NCBI GenBank assembly: GCA_002104945.1
Contig: MCFH01000002.1
Span: forward strand, 310,001 to 374,000
Direction of reading: 5' to 3'
DNA from: Piromyces finnis finn
Lineage: Eukaryota; Fungi; Neocallimastigomycota
DNA length: 64,000 bases
The notes beneath the pieces were generated by a model that had not been told where the DNA came from, did no database searches, and worked only from the letters and a program-made list of their open reading frames with translations. Position 1 is the stretch's first letter; the number at the start of each line of letters is the position of its first letter. Below, one piece after another: positions 21,301 to 34,803 of the stretch. The position numbers and the translations under genes were made by a program.

Positions 21301-24300
21301 TTAAAAATTTTATTATTGTGATTTATAAAGAGTAACTAATAATACTATAATAATGTTTATAAAAAATTAAATATTAATATTTTGTTTTTAATTTTATAGC
21401 TATTCTTTTTTTTTTTTTTCAATTGCTAATAAATTATATACAAGAAAAAAATTTTTTTTCTATTTTATTAATTTAAATACTTTTTATTGCGTTTCTTTCT
21501 TTGATCTATACAAACTTTTTAATTTTATTCTATTGTTTATTCATTTATCTATATTCTCTATAATTTTCCTTTTTTTTTTTTTTTTTTTTTTTTATTTAAT
21601 CTATCTATTTTATTTTCTCGCTAGATCTTTTATTATTTCAAATAATATTTTGTTCATGACAATTCTTTATATCCAATTCTTTGTATCACCATTTTATTCA
21701 TTTATTAAAATTATATATTATTATTTATTAAATAAACTTTAAAAACTTTATTTGATATTAAAATTTATTATTATTATTAAATGCTTCTAAATTTGGATAA
21801 TTAAATTTTTAATTATGTGTAAAATGAATATAGCTTATGATTTTGTAGTTCTTCAATCTTTTATAAAATAAAGCTTTACACATTTTTTTTAATGCCTTTA
21901 ATAATTTGATCTTCATTTCTAATTTAAATAAAACTATATTTAGATTGAAATTGATCATAATTATTTTTTTCATTTTAACCTACTACTACATTATGCATTG
22001 GATATACTTTAAATATCAACCCATTTTATAATACTTTATATAATTATCTCCAAACCTTTTTATATATTATTATTATTATTATTATTTTTTGTTTTTTTAA
22101 ATTGAAGTGTAATAAAAATATTAAAAAAATTAATTTATACTCTTTATTAGAAAAGTTAAATCCTAATACTATTTAAACGTTTTATTAAAATCATTTTTAT
22201 CCTTTTTTTTTATAATATACTTATTTATATTTCAAATTAATATATATTTATATTACTTTAAAAAAAAAATACATTTGTATTATTTATGGAATATACTGAT
22301 GTTTGATGGTATTAACCATCAAATAGTATCACTATCTAAATTTCTTTAAAAAAAATGTTTTTACTTTATAATATTGATCTATGAAAAATGAACTTTTATA
22401 TTAACAAATTTTTATTTGTTTTATTATTTATTATCATACTATCATTGTTTTTGAAGATAACTATTAATAATAATATTAATAGTCATCAAAAACAATGATT
22501 GTATGATTATTTATTTTATTAATTATTATTTAATAATAATTATTAAGTTGGTAGTATTTGAATTATTATTATTATTGTTGTTGTTGTATAGTATTTAATA
22601 ATTTATACTTTTATTTTTAATTTTTGAAAATTAATTTTATTATTAATCAATTATCATTATTATCATTATTAACTGTTGATTATTATTGATTATTTTTATT
22701 TTATTATTCTTTTATTATTTTATTATTATTAATTAGTAGTAAGTATTTTTTTTTAATTATTATTTTATTAAAATTATTTATTCATTAGACTTGACTCATC
22801 AATCTTTTATTAAAATATTTTTTATTAATAAAATACCTTTATAATTTTTATTATTATAATAAATGATGTTTATGTAAAAAAAAAAATTAAAAATTAAAAA
22901 AAATAGTTGTTGGTAGGTAGGTTATAACCATTTTTATTTTTAAACTTTACGTGTTTTTTTTTTTTTATTTAATTCTATATTTAAAAAAAAAATTTTTAAG
23001 GTTATTTTTATATATAAATTTTAGCCAATAAAATTAAGATGAGAACTTACCTTAATTCTTTTGGTGAAAAAAAAAGTTTCAATTAGAATTTTTGGTGATA
23101 AAAAAATAGTTTTATTTATTATTAACTTTTGGTATTGATAACAAAATAAAATAATTTGAACTTTAAAATTTCTCTTTTTTACTAATTCATTGATAATTAT
23201 GAAATGAATGGAAATCTATTATTCAATAAAATTTGTAAAAAAAATAAAATGTAACAAAATACGTTCAATATACACACCTCTTTAAAACCATTTAAATATT
23301 ATATTTAAAAAAAAAAAAAAAAAAAAAAGAATTTAAATTGTCGTTCTTTCAAACTATTTATATATAAAATAAAGTAATAAAAAAAATGATGATGATATAA
23401 TATCATATAATATTATTCATAACCTCTTTTTTAAATTATTTATAAAATCATAATTATAATACAGCCTAATAATCCTAACAATATTTAATAATAATAATTA
23501 TTAATAAATAATAAAATTTTAATATATAATAAACTTTTTTTAATAAACACAATTAATATTAATTTTCTTACACGTTAAATTAAAATAAATTAAAAAATTA
23601 AAAAATATGTAAAAGATTTACATAAATATGGTAAATAAATGTATAATAAATAAAAAAAAGTATAATTTATAGTTTTTAAAGAAGATAAAAAGCTGATGAT
23701 TTCATTGTATTTTCTAATAATAACAATGATAAAAATTTTTTTACCTTTTTTAATTATATAAAAAGATAATAAACTTCATCAATCCACACATTTAAAATTT
23801 TAAAGTTTTTTTAAATGAAAGTTTATAGGAGATTAAAGTTTAAAAAAGAAATGATATTAACAAAATTTAATATCATTCTATACAAAAACAAAATTGAATG
23901 GAAAAAAAAATTAAACTATTTATTAATATAAAAAATTTAATTTATAAAAGTATTAAAATTTTATATTAAATTATTTAAATTAAACCCCTAAAAAACTTTA
24001 TTAGAAACAGGATATTTGTATTAAAAAATGTATACATTGTTGTAAAAAAATACATTATTCATATGTATTAAAGTGGAAAAGAAAATGGATGAATTAGTAT
24101 TTATCCTAGATTTTTGGCGATTTTAGCCAGACTTTTTAGCCAGAAGAAATTCGACTCTTATCAAACTTTTAACCAGTTTTTACTTTATCTTTTGAGTAAT
24201 AGTGATGCTAATAATATATTTTTTATTTTTTTATTTTAATATAGTATTAAAAATAGTGAGAAAATATAATAATCTCCCAATAAACAATTTTCTTTGTTTT

Positions 24301-27300
24301 ATAATAATTATAGTAGAGTTAGGGAAAAATAAAAAAAAATCAATATTAAAAAATACACATGTTAATAAAGTAAATGAATAAATAAATAAATGTTTAACAT
24401 GTTAAATGAATGAATGAATATAATAATAATTAAAAAAATAAATGTTTAACATGTTAAATGAATGAATGAATATATTAATAACTAAATAAATAACTTTGGA
24501 AAATAGTTTAGGAAAATAAAAAAAAAAGTTAAAAAATTCTGAATCAAAAGATCTTCCCATTTAAAAAAATTATTCTTATAAATAATAGTAATTAAAGTTT
24601 GAAGCTGTGAGATTAATATCAAAATAATAGTAATTTAAGTTACGTACTTTAATTATTAATAAATTTATTAACAATACTAAATCATGGAAATTTTTTACAA
24701 AACATAAGCCAATAAAAGGAAGGGGAAAAAAAATACAGTAATTTAAAAAAAGTTTATTTTTAATGATTTATTTTATTTTATTAACGTATTATTATTCTAT
24801 TTTTTGTACCTTCTTGTACTATTCTAATAATAATACTTTTCCTATTATGATGATGGCATAAGACTTTTACCATGCAATTATATGAAATATGTCCTCTAAG
24901 GGAATAACATATAATAATAATATATCTTTACAATTATCCTATCCAATATAGATTATAAAATTTTATATGCTATAACAAAAAATAAGACTTTAAAAATTTC
25001 TTATATTTCGTATACATTATTGTTATCGTCCATTTTATTTTAGATCATAAAGTAATTCGATTTTAACTATGTCTATTTCATTATAATTAATAAAAATAAT
25101 TTGGTTTGTGTCTATTTTATTATATAGTAAATTTGGTTTAATTGTGTCTATTATAGGTTTAAATTAATTTAGTCTATATCTTTGTATTAACTAATACTAT
25201 TAATCTATAAATGTGGTTAATTACCAATTCAACTATCATATATTATAGAAAAAAAAAAAAAAGTAGTATTTAGGATGAAATAAAATTTAGATTATAATGA
25301 CATTTTGATCCATACCAGAGAATATATATACATGCATGTATAAGTATCAATAATGATTATAAAAATAAAAAATATATATTGATAATTATTAATACTAATA
25401 TATAAATTTTCCACAAGCAAAACAAAATTATTATTTTTTTATTATATTTACTTCCTACATAAATAAAAAAGAAAAAAAAAAAAAGAATTGAAAATACATT
25501 TCATCTTTAATCCTTCTATTATAAATATATATAAATATATTAGGTATTAACTCTACTATAAATAAAATAAAGTTGACTAAATTTACATTAATTATACAAT
25601 TTAAAGAGTGTGTTAAAAAAAACTAACATTTTTTTTTCAATAATGATCTTTTTAAAAAAAGTTTTATTATTTATCTATTCATTAATTATTATTAGTTTTA
25701 AACTTAAAATTCATATTTATTTTTTTTTAATTGAGAATAAAGTTAATTCTTTTTTATACAAGGACACCGTTGTTTTACTATGTTTATGGTGTTATTCCCT
25801 TTTTTTTTTTTTTAGATGAATAATAATTGGAAGGGAAAATTATAATAATATTTATTAAAAAAAAATAGTGGATTCATTTCGGAGAGCGGGAAATATTATA
25901 AATAATTATTAATAATAAAAAATTTTTTTTTTTTAATTATTTATCTTTTTAATTCTTTTTTTGTTTAGTGTATGATTTTCATAATTTCCCTTGTTTACTT
26001 TTAGTATAAAGATATACTTTTTATGTATGTGTATATTATGTTGTTGTAAAAATAATATTTTTTTTGCAATAGGATTAATGAAAAAAAAAAAAAAAAGAAA
26101 TAGTTAACATTGAATAAAAATGAAATATTTTATTTTATTTACACGATATGAAGATATATTTAATGGAATAATATTGATAATAATAAGCCAATTAATTCCT
26201 TTTTTTTTTCTTCCTATTCGTATTTAGAAATAGATCATTTATCCTTTATAAATAATTCAATAATATTTATTATTTCAACATCACTTTAGTGGATTAAAAT
26301 AAAACTTTATAAAGATTATTTAAAACTGTATATATAAAAAGACATCTTTTATTTAAGATGATGATGTTATATAGTATTTTTTTTTTAAAAAAAACAACAA
26401 CTTTTATATGCTTTTAAAAAAGTAGTAAGAATATTTTGTTTCTATGACTTTATCCTATTTAAATAAAAAAAAAAAGATTCCTTTTTAGTTTTATCAATTT
26501 ATTTCTTTTTTAAAAAACAAGTTAATATAAATAATATATCATCATTATCATTATTTTTTCAGGTTGGGTATATCTATTTATATAAAAGATCAAGCTAATT
26601 CAGTACATTATTTTAATAATTTCATTAATATTATTGATACTGTCATCATATATATTAGTTAGCTAATTCAAAAGTTATTCAAACAAATTTATCTTTACAC
26701 CTTTATTAAAAAAAAAATAAAAAATCAACACACACAAGAAAAAGAAAGAAAGAAATCGAAAAACTTTTTTTTTTAAAAAAAAAATAAATAAAAGATAAGT
26801 TTACACTATTGAAGTATTTATATTAATAATGATGAAAAAAAAAAAAAAAAAAGGGAGTCTACAAGGAAAAAAAGTACAGATTATATTTTTATATTTAAAA
26901 AAAAAAAAAAAACAATTAAAATAAATAAATTATATAATTATTTATAAAGCATTTTGATAATAATAATAACAACAACAACAACAACAACAATAATAATAAT
27001 GAATAAATATATAAAAAAGAGGATGAATAAAAAATATAAATTTCAATATTTCTTCAATAATTTCACTAATCTTGCAATTACCATAAAACTTAGATCTAAA
27101 GATCAAAAAACTTTTTTATTTTATTTCTTTTTTTTTAGGTATGAATAAATATTTATTTTTTCAATATTCATTTTTTTTTTTTTCTTTTGTAATAATGAAA
27201 TAAAAAAATAGATATATATAATCAAATCTATAAAGTTACAATAATCAAGAGTATAATTTATTTAATTATAATACAATAAATAGTTTTAAAGTCTTTTTTT

Positions 27301-27733
27301 TTTAAAAAAAAAAATAATAAAACTTTAGATTTCTTTTTTCTTTCTTTTTTTTTCAATAAATTTCCATTTAATTATTTGTTATTTATAATGGGGGTAATGA
27401 AACATTTGTTAAATCAAGTAATCAGTTTTTTTTTATTATTATTCTTTATTCATGATGATTTAATGATGACAATATTAATATCATTATAAATCTCATTCAA
27501 TATCTATATTCCCTTTAAAAATGTAAATGGTTAAACTCTTCTTGGCTTAATAATAAATTTTAATCTTTTTTTTTTTTTCAATTTTTTTAGGATTGTTTAT
27601 TTCATTTTGTTAAAAAAAGGATTCCCTAGATCTAATCATGATGATCACAATTTCGTAATTATTCTCATCATCTAATTTCTTTTATTTGTTACCCATTAAC
27701 AACCATTATTTTTAAAGGTTGATTAAAACAAAA

Positions 27734-28234
27734 GTCGTTCCAGTTTTTATCCTGGTTGTTAAGGCGTTTCCTTAGCATACATAAGGCTTCTGGTTCGACC
27801 CCGCAGATGTCAGTGCCTGTGGATTTTCCCACTGGGTTTGCCATGGGTTGGGTTATGATATTCAGGTAAGTATAAATGAACTTTCTAATTTACTACTATG
27901 ATAATAACACTCGTCTAGCCGGCCTGAGAGGGTCTAGTGTACATGGTACATTCCTTAATCAATTTAAGTGTAAACATTAGGGGGCGGTTGACACGTGATC
28001 AAATTGACTATAAGAGGCTTAGCATTGTAGTTGTGAAATATCGTACAACGACATGCATCTAATGTACATGGATTAAGTGAGCGTCGAAGCTGAAGAAACA
28101 GTATGACAGACCAGGAGGGTCACAACCACCTAGCAATAGGAATGAGCCAACGTTTCTCTAAGAACCACCATTGGAGCTAACTCTGATCGATGGGAGAAAT
28201 GCACTCGGAAGTTAAAAAAAAAAAAAAAAAAAAA
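27734..28234 (+). mobile_element. tRNA-derived SINE, copy 1 (480 bp body plus 21-nt poly(A); 14-bp TSD)
   Basis: GC-rich island in AT-rich DNA. Degenerate A box (TATCCTGGTTGTTAAGG) and consensus B box GGTTCGACCCC (27792-27802). Poly(A) at 28214-28234. Flanking direct repeat TGATTAAAACAAAA at 27720-27733 and 28235-28248. Near-identical to 35588-36149. Confidence 0.85.
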
Positions 28235-29710
28235 TGATTAAAACAAAAAAAGAATATTTAATTTATTCATCCTTTACTCCAAAAAAAAAAAAAAAAATTA
28301 AAACTTTTATTATTTTGGTTGGTACAAATTATGGTGGTTAAACACAAGGAAAAAAATGCTTTTTTCTTTTTTTACATTGACATTATTCTATTTTTCCCTT
28401 AAGAAAAGGAAGTCGTTACCCATCATTTTTTCTTTTTTTTCTTTTTTTTTTTTTTTTGAAAGATTTTTCATTTTTCATTTTTAATAGGTCAAAAATAATT
28501 AATAAATAAAAATTTTTTTCTCCAACGATCGCCACATGCCATACTTTTGTAGGAATAATTTTTTTATGATATAGGAATAATAGGAAGATGAAATTTATGC
28601 TCTTTTTTTTTTGGCGATAGTGGAATTAACTATTTCTATAAAAGGATTATTTTAATACAATGAAAAAAGAAAGAAAACAAAATATACACATGGTAAGATA
28701 TAAAGAAGAAAATTAAATTTTGTTAAAGAAACCTGTTGAAATACTAATATGGATGAATATTTTAATACAAAATATTGATTAAATAGATTTATATCTTCTC
28801 AAAAAAAATAATAATAATAATAATATTAATATTAATAATAATATTATTATACAAAGAAATAATTGAAACTTTTTGAATAATAAAAAAGTTTAATGAAAAA
28901 TGTCAAAAAAAAAAAAAAGTTAACAAATTATTAATTGTAAAAAGAAGAAAAAAAATCTTTTCTTTTTTTAATTTTTATATTATTTACCAATTTAGGATTA
29001 ATTATTAATTTTAAAAAAATTTATGGAAAAAAAAAATTTTAAACTTTTTTAAATTTTCAATTAGTTGTCCTTTTGAAAAAAAAAAAAAATTTTTTTAATA
29101 TAAAAGCTTAATTTAAAAAAAAAAATGAATGAAAGTAAAAAATAAAAAAAAAAAAGAATAAAGAATTAATAATGATAATATTTTATAAACTCAGATTTAT
29201 TTTGTAGAATAATGATTAATTAAATTAAAAAATATATATTATGTTTATATTTGTATATATATACTATTTTTAAAAATTTTATTTTAAATATAGTATAATG
29301 AAAAAAAAAAAAAAAAAGATGGTTAGATTCCGACTTAATGTTTTAAATAATATATGTAACATTTTATGATTATTATTACAAGAATAATAATTAAAAAATG
29401 GTTCAAGCATTAACAAAAAAAAATGTATATATTGATCAGATTGATCAACATATCTTGAACATATAGATATCTATTTTTTCTCTTTCATTAAATAAAAGAG
29501 AAAAATTAAATACTATAAAGTTTTATATATATACATTTTACATTCTTTTTTTTTTTTTTTTTTTTTGAAAAAAAAAATAAATAAGCAAGGTATTTTAAGT
29601 TATGTTTTACAAAAATTGAGGTGGCGTTACGTTTATTGTTTTTTTTTGATAAATGATATTATAATTGATTTATTGATTTTTGAAGGGTGTGTGTGTGTGG
29701 ATGTGTGTTT

Positions 29711-32548
29711 TTAAGATGAACAGAAATTTGTAATGAAACTAATAGACATTATATTTTTTATATTATTATTATTATTATCGTTATCGTTATCATCATCATT
29801 TATAGCATTCATGTGATATAGTGATGGTGGTGGTAAGGGTTCTTTTTTTATTGAATTACCTATAGTAAAAAAAAAAAAAAAAATTAGTTCATTATCAAGG
29901 AAATACTAAAAAAAATATAAAATTATTGGGTAATTGTTGTTAACAATAGATAAAAAGAGGTATATACCTTGTAGACTATCATCAAGATTTGATAATTCAC
30001 AGGGATTATCTAGAGATGTGATCTTTCTTTCAATTTTATTTATACGTTCCCCTTCCTTCATACCAAATTTTATAGGAGAATTGTAGTGGGTTGAATTATT
30101 TTCATTTTTAATGTATTGGTGGGGTTCTTTTTCAGTTGTCGTATCATCATCGTCATCATCATAGAATAAAGCATTGGCATTGTAAGGATCATTTGAATTA
30201 CAATTAGAAGAAGAGGTATCATCCTTTCTGCTGATATTCATTTCTGTTTTTTCAGAATCTTGATCATTGAATTTAGGAGGTGGAAAAATAGTTGAACTGT
30301 ATAATTTTTTCACATCATGAATATCTTTTTCTTGATCATCCTTTTTATCCATGACATTAACTAATGTTCGACTGCTACTTTCACTATTACTGTTTTTATT
30401 TGAAAAGGAATCCTTTGGACTTACAAAGAGTTCTATTCTATCGGTGGCAAAGGTAGTAGGGGTGGAAGTGGAGGTATACCTGGTAGAATAATCCTCTTTG
30501 TTGGATAGGGATTCATTGGTATAATGATTGAATAGTATTGGACAATAATTCTTATTGTCCTTGTGCGTATCTTGTTTGTAAGAAGACAATAAATCATTGG
30601 AAATTTCTTTGGATTTTGGGGATAAATTATTATTTTTTTGGTTGGTTGTAAAAGTGTTAGAGGGATTGGTGTAACAACCATAAGTAGTGTTAGAATAACA
30701 GTGTTTACGGGGGGACAGGTATCTTTTATCATTTGAATTCCATGAGGAGTGGTTTATTTCCTCTTCTTCAAGAGGTGGAGGAGCATTAGGGGTACGATGG
30801 GTATAATTTTTATAATTTTTTTGAGAAATTAAATAGCCTTCTTCTTCTTTTGGTGATGGTGAATTATCTTTATAATGGTGTATTAGTTGAAGAGGATCCA
30901 TAGGATAGGCGTTTGTAGAATTAGGTTCTAAAGGATAAGGTGAATTCTTTGAATAATAGGGATCCTTATGACTACTACTAGAAGGTAGGAGGTTTTCATT
31001 TAAATAATTTTCTGGATAATTTCCTTTATCCTCACCCCCATTGTAATACGGATCTTTGTCGTGTGGAGGGAAGCAAGTCACAGAGGAACTATTTGAATAG
31101 GTTTCCTGAATGGGAGGGTATCTTTTTGATAAAGAGAAAGAAGAATGACTATCCTTACAACCACTACTTTCATATTCCAAATAATTTTTATTATTATATA
31201 CATTGTCAGGAATGTATTGGATGCTTTTCTTAGGGATGAGATAATCCTTATTATCACTATCCTGGGGGTAACGTTGATCTTCATTATTATTATTATATCT
31301 TGATAGTGGAGAATAATCCATTTTTTTACTACCTGGACTATCATAAGAATATGGAAAATACGAGTAATCCTGCTTATGCTTGATGATAGGGTTATTCGAA
31401 GCTGGAAGAGTATAATGACGATTTTCAAATGGTAAAGGAATGAGCCTATTGGTATTATTATTATTATTATAGGATTTATTTAAAAATTTAGTATCATGAA
31501 TTTTTTTCTTTTTTAAAATTCCTATTTTATTTGGTTGTTTTTGTTTTTGATAATGAAGTTGTTCATGACGCTTTAAACCATCTCTTCTTGAAAATCGTTT
31601 ATTACAATTAAAATAAGAACACTTGTAGGGTTTTTCTCCCGAATGTATACGTAAATGTCTTATCAAATGTTCGCACCTTTTATAAATATAAAAATATATA
31701 TATAATGGTATAGTTTTAATATATTGATAATAATTTTGTAATAGTTTTACTTTATTTTTTTTTATTTTATTTTTAAAAGCAATGTAATTATCTATTTTAT
31801 AAATTTTAATTTTCATTTTCATTTTTTTTTTTTTTCCATTAAAATCAATTTACAATTTTGAATTAATCTTTGATAAAAGTATTTTTTTTTAAAACACATT
31901 CAATTTAAATAATATTTACTACATTTATCAATAATTATTTTTTTTTTATTTTTATTTCAGATTTTGTTGTAGTCTTTATTAAATTGAAAATATATATCTA
32001 TATAAAATTAAAAGAAAAGATAAAGCTAATTAATGAATGACTAAATAATAAAAATTTTATTTAATATATAAATATTTTATATATTAAATAAAATTTCATA
32101 ATTCAAAAGAGATACATATTTTATTTTATTTTTTATTTTTTTTTTTTTTTTACTTTTTGAATGTAGCTATAGTTAAAAAACTATTATGTTCTCATGATGA
32201 TTAATTATATTATATTTTCAATATAATTTATCATGAATAAAAAAAATAATAATAAAAAATAATAAAAAAAAATTTATAAAACTGATAAAAGTTTATTAAA
32301 ATTAATGTAAAATAAAAAGGGTTATAAAAGGAATACCTTTTAAAAGTTTTTAAACAAGTTGAACAGTGAAATAATCTTTCATAATTATTATTTTCCTGAG
32401 GATTTGTTTTTTTTGTATTTTGTAGAAATTTCGGTTGTGGATTCGGTGGTTGTTGGTGATTTGGTAGTAGTGGATTTGGTGGTAATAGATTTGGTGGTGG
32501 ATTTGGTGGTGGATTAAAAATTTCTGATGGTAAAATTTTTGAATACAT
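29711..32548 (-). CDS. C2H2 zinc-finger transcription factor (two fingers), paralog 2, 3 exons
   Basis: Exon 1 is 32548-32337 (Pro/Asn-rich, ends FHCSTCLKTFKR). Exon 2 is 31676-29968 (CEHLIRHLRIHSGEKPYKCSYFNCNKRFSRRDGLKRHEQLH...). Exon 3 is 29859-29711 (GNSIKKEPLPPPSLY...NIMSISFITNFCSS*). All junctions are GT..AG and in phase. Confidence 0.87.
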
Positions 32549-32937
32549 TTTAACTATTTTTTTTTTAATAATAAATGAAAAAGATAAAATAATAAAAATA
32601 CAATTAAAAGAAAAAGTTCATAAACTATTATTAGAATAAAGAAAAATTGTTTTCTTTTATAAAAGATTATAAAAAAAAAAAAGGAAAAAAAGGAATACTA
32701 GAGTTTGATGAAATATATCTATATCATATTTTTATTATATATAAATATATGATTGCTATTTTTTTTTATATAGTTTTTATATTTTTTTTTTTTTTTTTAT
32801 AAAAATAATAATAATAATTTTTTTATAAAAAAAAATAAAGGATTTATTTGTATAGACTTTTTTAACTCTATTTTTTCTTCTTCTTTAATTAATGTATTGT
32901 ATAAAAAAGATTCTTTTAATAATAATACTTTAAAAAA

Positions 32938-32975
<38 letters not shown>

Positions 32976-33462
32976 AATATATTTATATTTCTTTTATTTA
33001 AAAAAAAATATAAAATATATATATAATAAATATATTAATTTTTTTTCAATTAAAATAAATTAATTATAAATATTTTTTTATAATAATTTTATTAATCATT
33101 TTGGGAAAATGTTTTTTTTTTTTTTTTTTAATTATTAAAATTAATATTTATAATTATATATTTTAATTATTTTTTAAAAAAAAACTATTTTATTATATTT
33201 TAAACTAAAAAAGTATTAAAGTTTTTTTGGTTTTTATAAAACTTTTTTTTTATTATTTTTATTATTATTATTAAATAGTATATAGAGTTTTTTTATTATT
33301 ATTTTTATTTTTTTAATTTTTATTTTTACTATTGATTATTTAATAAAAAATTTAAAGTTCACATTATTCAAATCACTTAGTTTTTTTTTTATTTTATTTA
33401 ACAATTTCAAGATAATTTTTTATTTTTCCTTTTTTTTAATTAATACTTTTTTAATAATACAT

Positions 33463-33465
<3 letters not shown>

Positions 33466-33515
<50 letters not shown>
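33466..33515. repeat. (AAT)n microsatellite
   Basis: Uninterrupted run of about 16 AAT units. Confidence 0.9.
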
Positions 33516-33516
<1 letters not shown>

Positions 33517-34763
33517 TTCCATTAAAACAATGAAATATTTAATTATTAGGTTTAAATACATCACACTCAAACACACTTACACTTTAAAAATTATATTAAT
33601 AGTAGTTATAATAAGAAAGAAAGAAAAAAAGCTTTTTGATCATAAAATAGATTATATTGATTCATTTTAGTTAAAAGTTGGTTTAAATTTTTATACTCTA
33701 TATTAAATTGGATAAAAAATGCAGAAATATATTTTATAGTATAAACTCAAAAGTAACCATCTCTAATTAATTATGTTTTTTTACTCTATATTAACTTTTT
33801 TTTATTTTTATTTTTATTCTTTAATATTATTAAATAAATAGTTTATTTCAATTAAATATTATATATAAAGTTTTATCTTTTTCTTTTGAAATTATAATTT
33901 AACCATTTCTTTAAATTTTTTAGTTTTTTAAGAAAATTTTCCAACTTTAAAAATTTTATCTTTGAATTTATAGATAGACTATTTAAATACTTTAAAACTC
34001 GATTATACAACTATTGTCTATGTAATTTGTTTTTTTTTAATAATAATAGAGTTGTAAAATAATATTAAAATGTTTTTTTTTTTTTTAATTTTTTATTATA
34101 AATTAAATATATTGGGTCATATTACTAATTATACATTATACAATAAATAATTAAATAATTTAAAATTATTTTAGGTATCTTTAGAGTATATTAAACTATG
34201 TTTTTTTTTTTTTTTTAAATTTAAAAAGTTTAAATACTTTAAAATGTGTTAAAGTTTTTTCTTTTTTATTTTTTTATCAATTTATTCAGGTTTTGGTTAT
34301 GGTCTTTTTTTTTTTTTTTTTTTAAACAAATATTTTTTAAAAATATGTAACTTTGTTACACTAAAAAAAAACTTTTTTTTTAATATGCATAATATTAATT
34401 TTTAATATAAAAATAAAATAAAAGTGTATCAAACCTTAAATAGAATAATTATATGAATTTTTTTTTTAATTATTAGAAGAAAAGAAAACTTTCTTTCCAC
34501 CCTAATAAGCTACTTTGAATTAATAATAAAAATAATAAATTATAAATGATATTAATTTTTTTTTAAACTTTTTGATAATTTTTCATATATATTTATACTG
34601 TTTTGTTATTCCATACCTTGGTTTTTTTTTTTATCCTCTATTTATAACTTTTTAATATAGAAATTTAATAATAAATTAAACCCATTATCCATTACCTTTA
34701 AAAACTTAATTCAGTGGTTAAATTTTTATTACTTTTGAATTAAAAACTAAATTATACTAAATT

Positions 34764-34803
34764 GTATAGTATAGTATAGTATAGTATAGTATAGTATAGT
34801 ATA
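34764..34803. repeat. (GTATA)n pentanucleotide microsatellite
   Basis: Eight perfect GTATA units. Confidence 0.9.

Noticed and set aside
27734-27815. Functional tRNA gene at the SINE head
   Set aside because: There is no proper acceptor stem, the anticodon loop (GCATACA) lacks U33, and the T-stem is mismatched. It is tRNA-derived only. A T5 run at about +11 is also a caveat for Pol III read-through.
27916-27933. 18-mer TAGCCGGCCTGAGAGGGT resembling a bacterial 16S rRNA helix as I recall it
   Set aside because: The flanks do not continue the 16S sequence. It is most likely convergence on a GNRA hairpin, so no rRNA is called.
28089-28200. Hammerhead-like core fragments (CTGAAGA, GAAA) in the SINE
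   Set aside because: The required stems I-III and a cleavage triplet could not be assembled.
31677-31822. N-terminus MKMKIKIYK... of ORF 29906-31822
   Set aside because: This is intron read-through. The true exon starts at the AG at 31677, restoring finger 1 together with the upstream exon.
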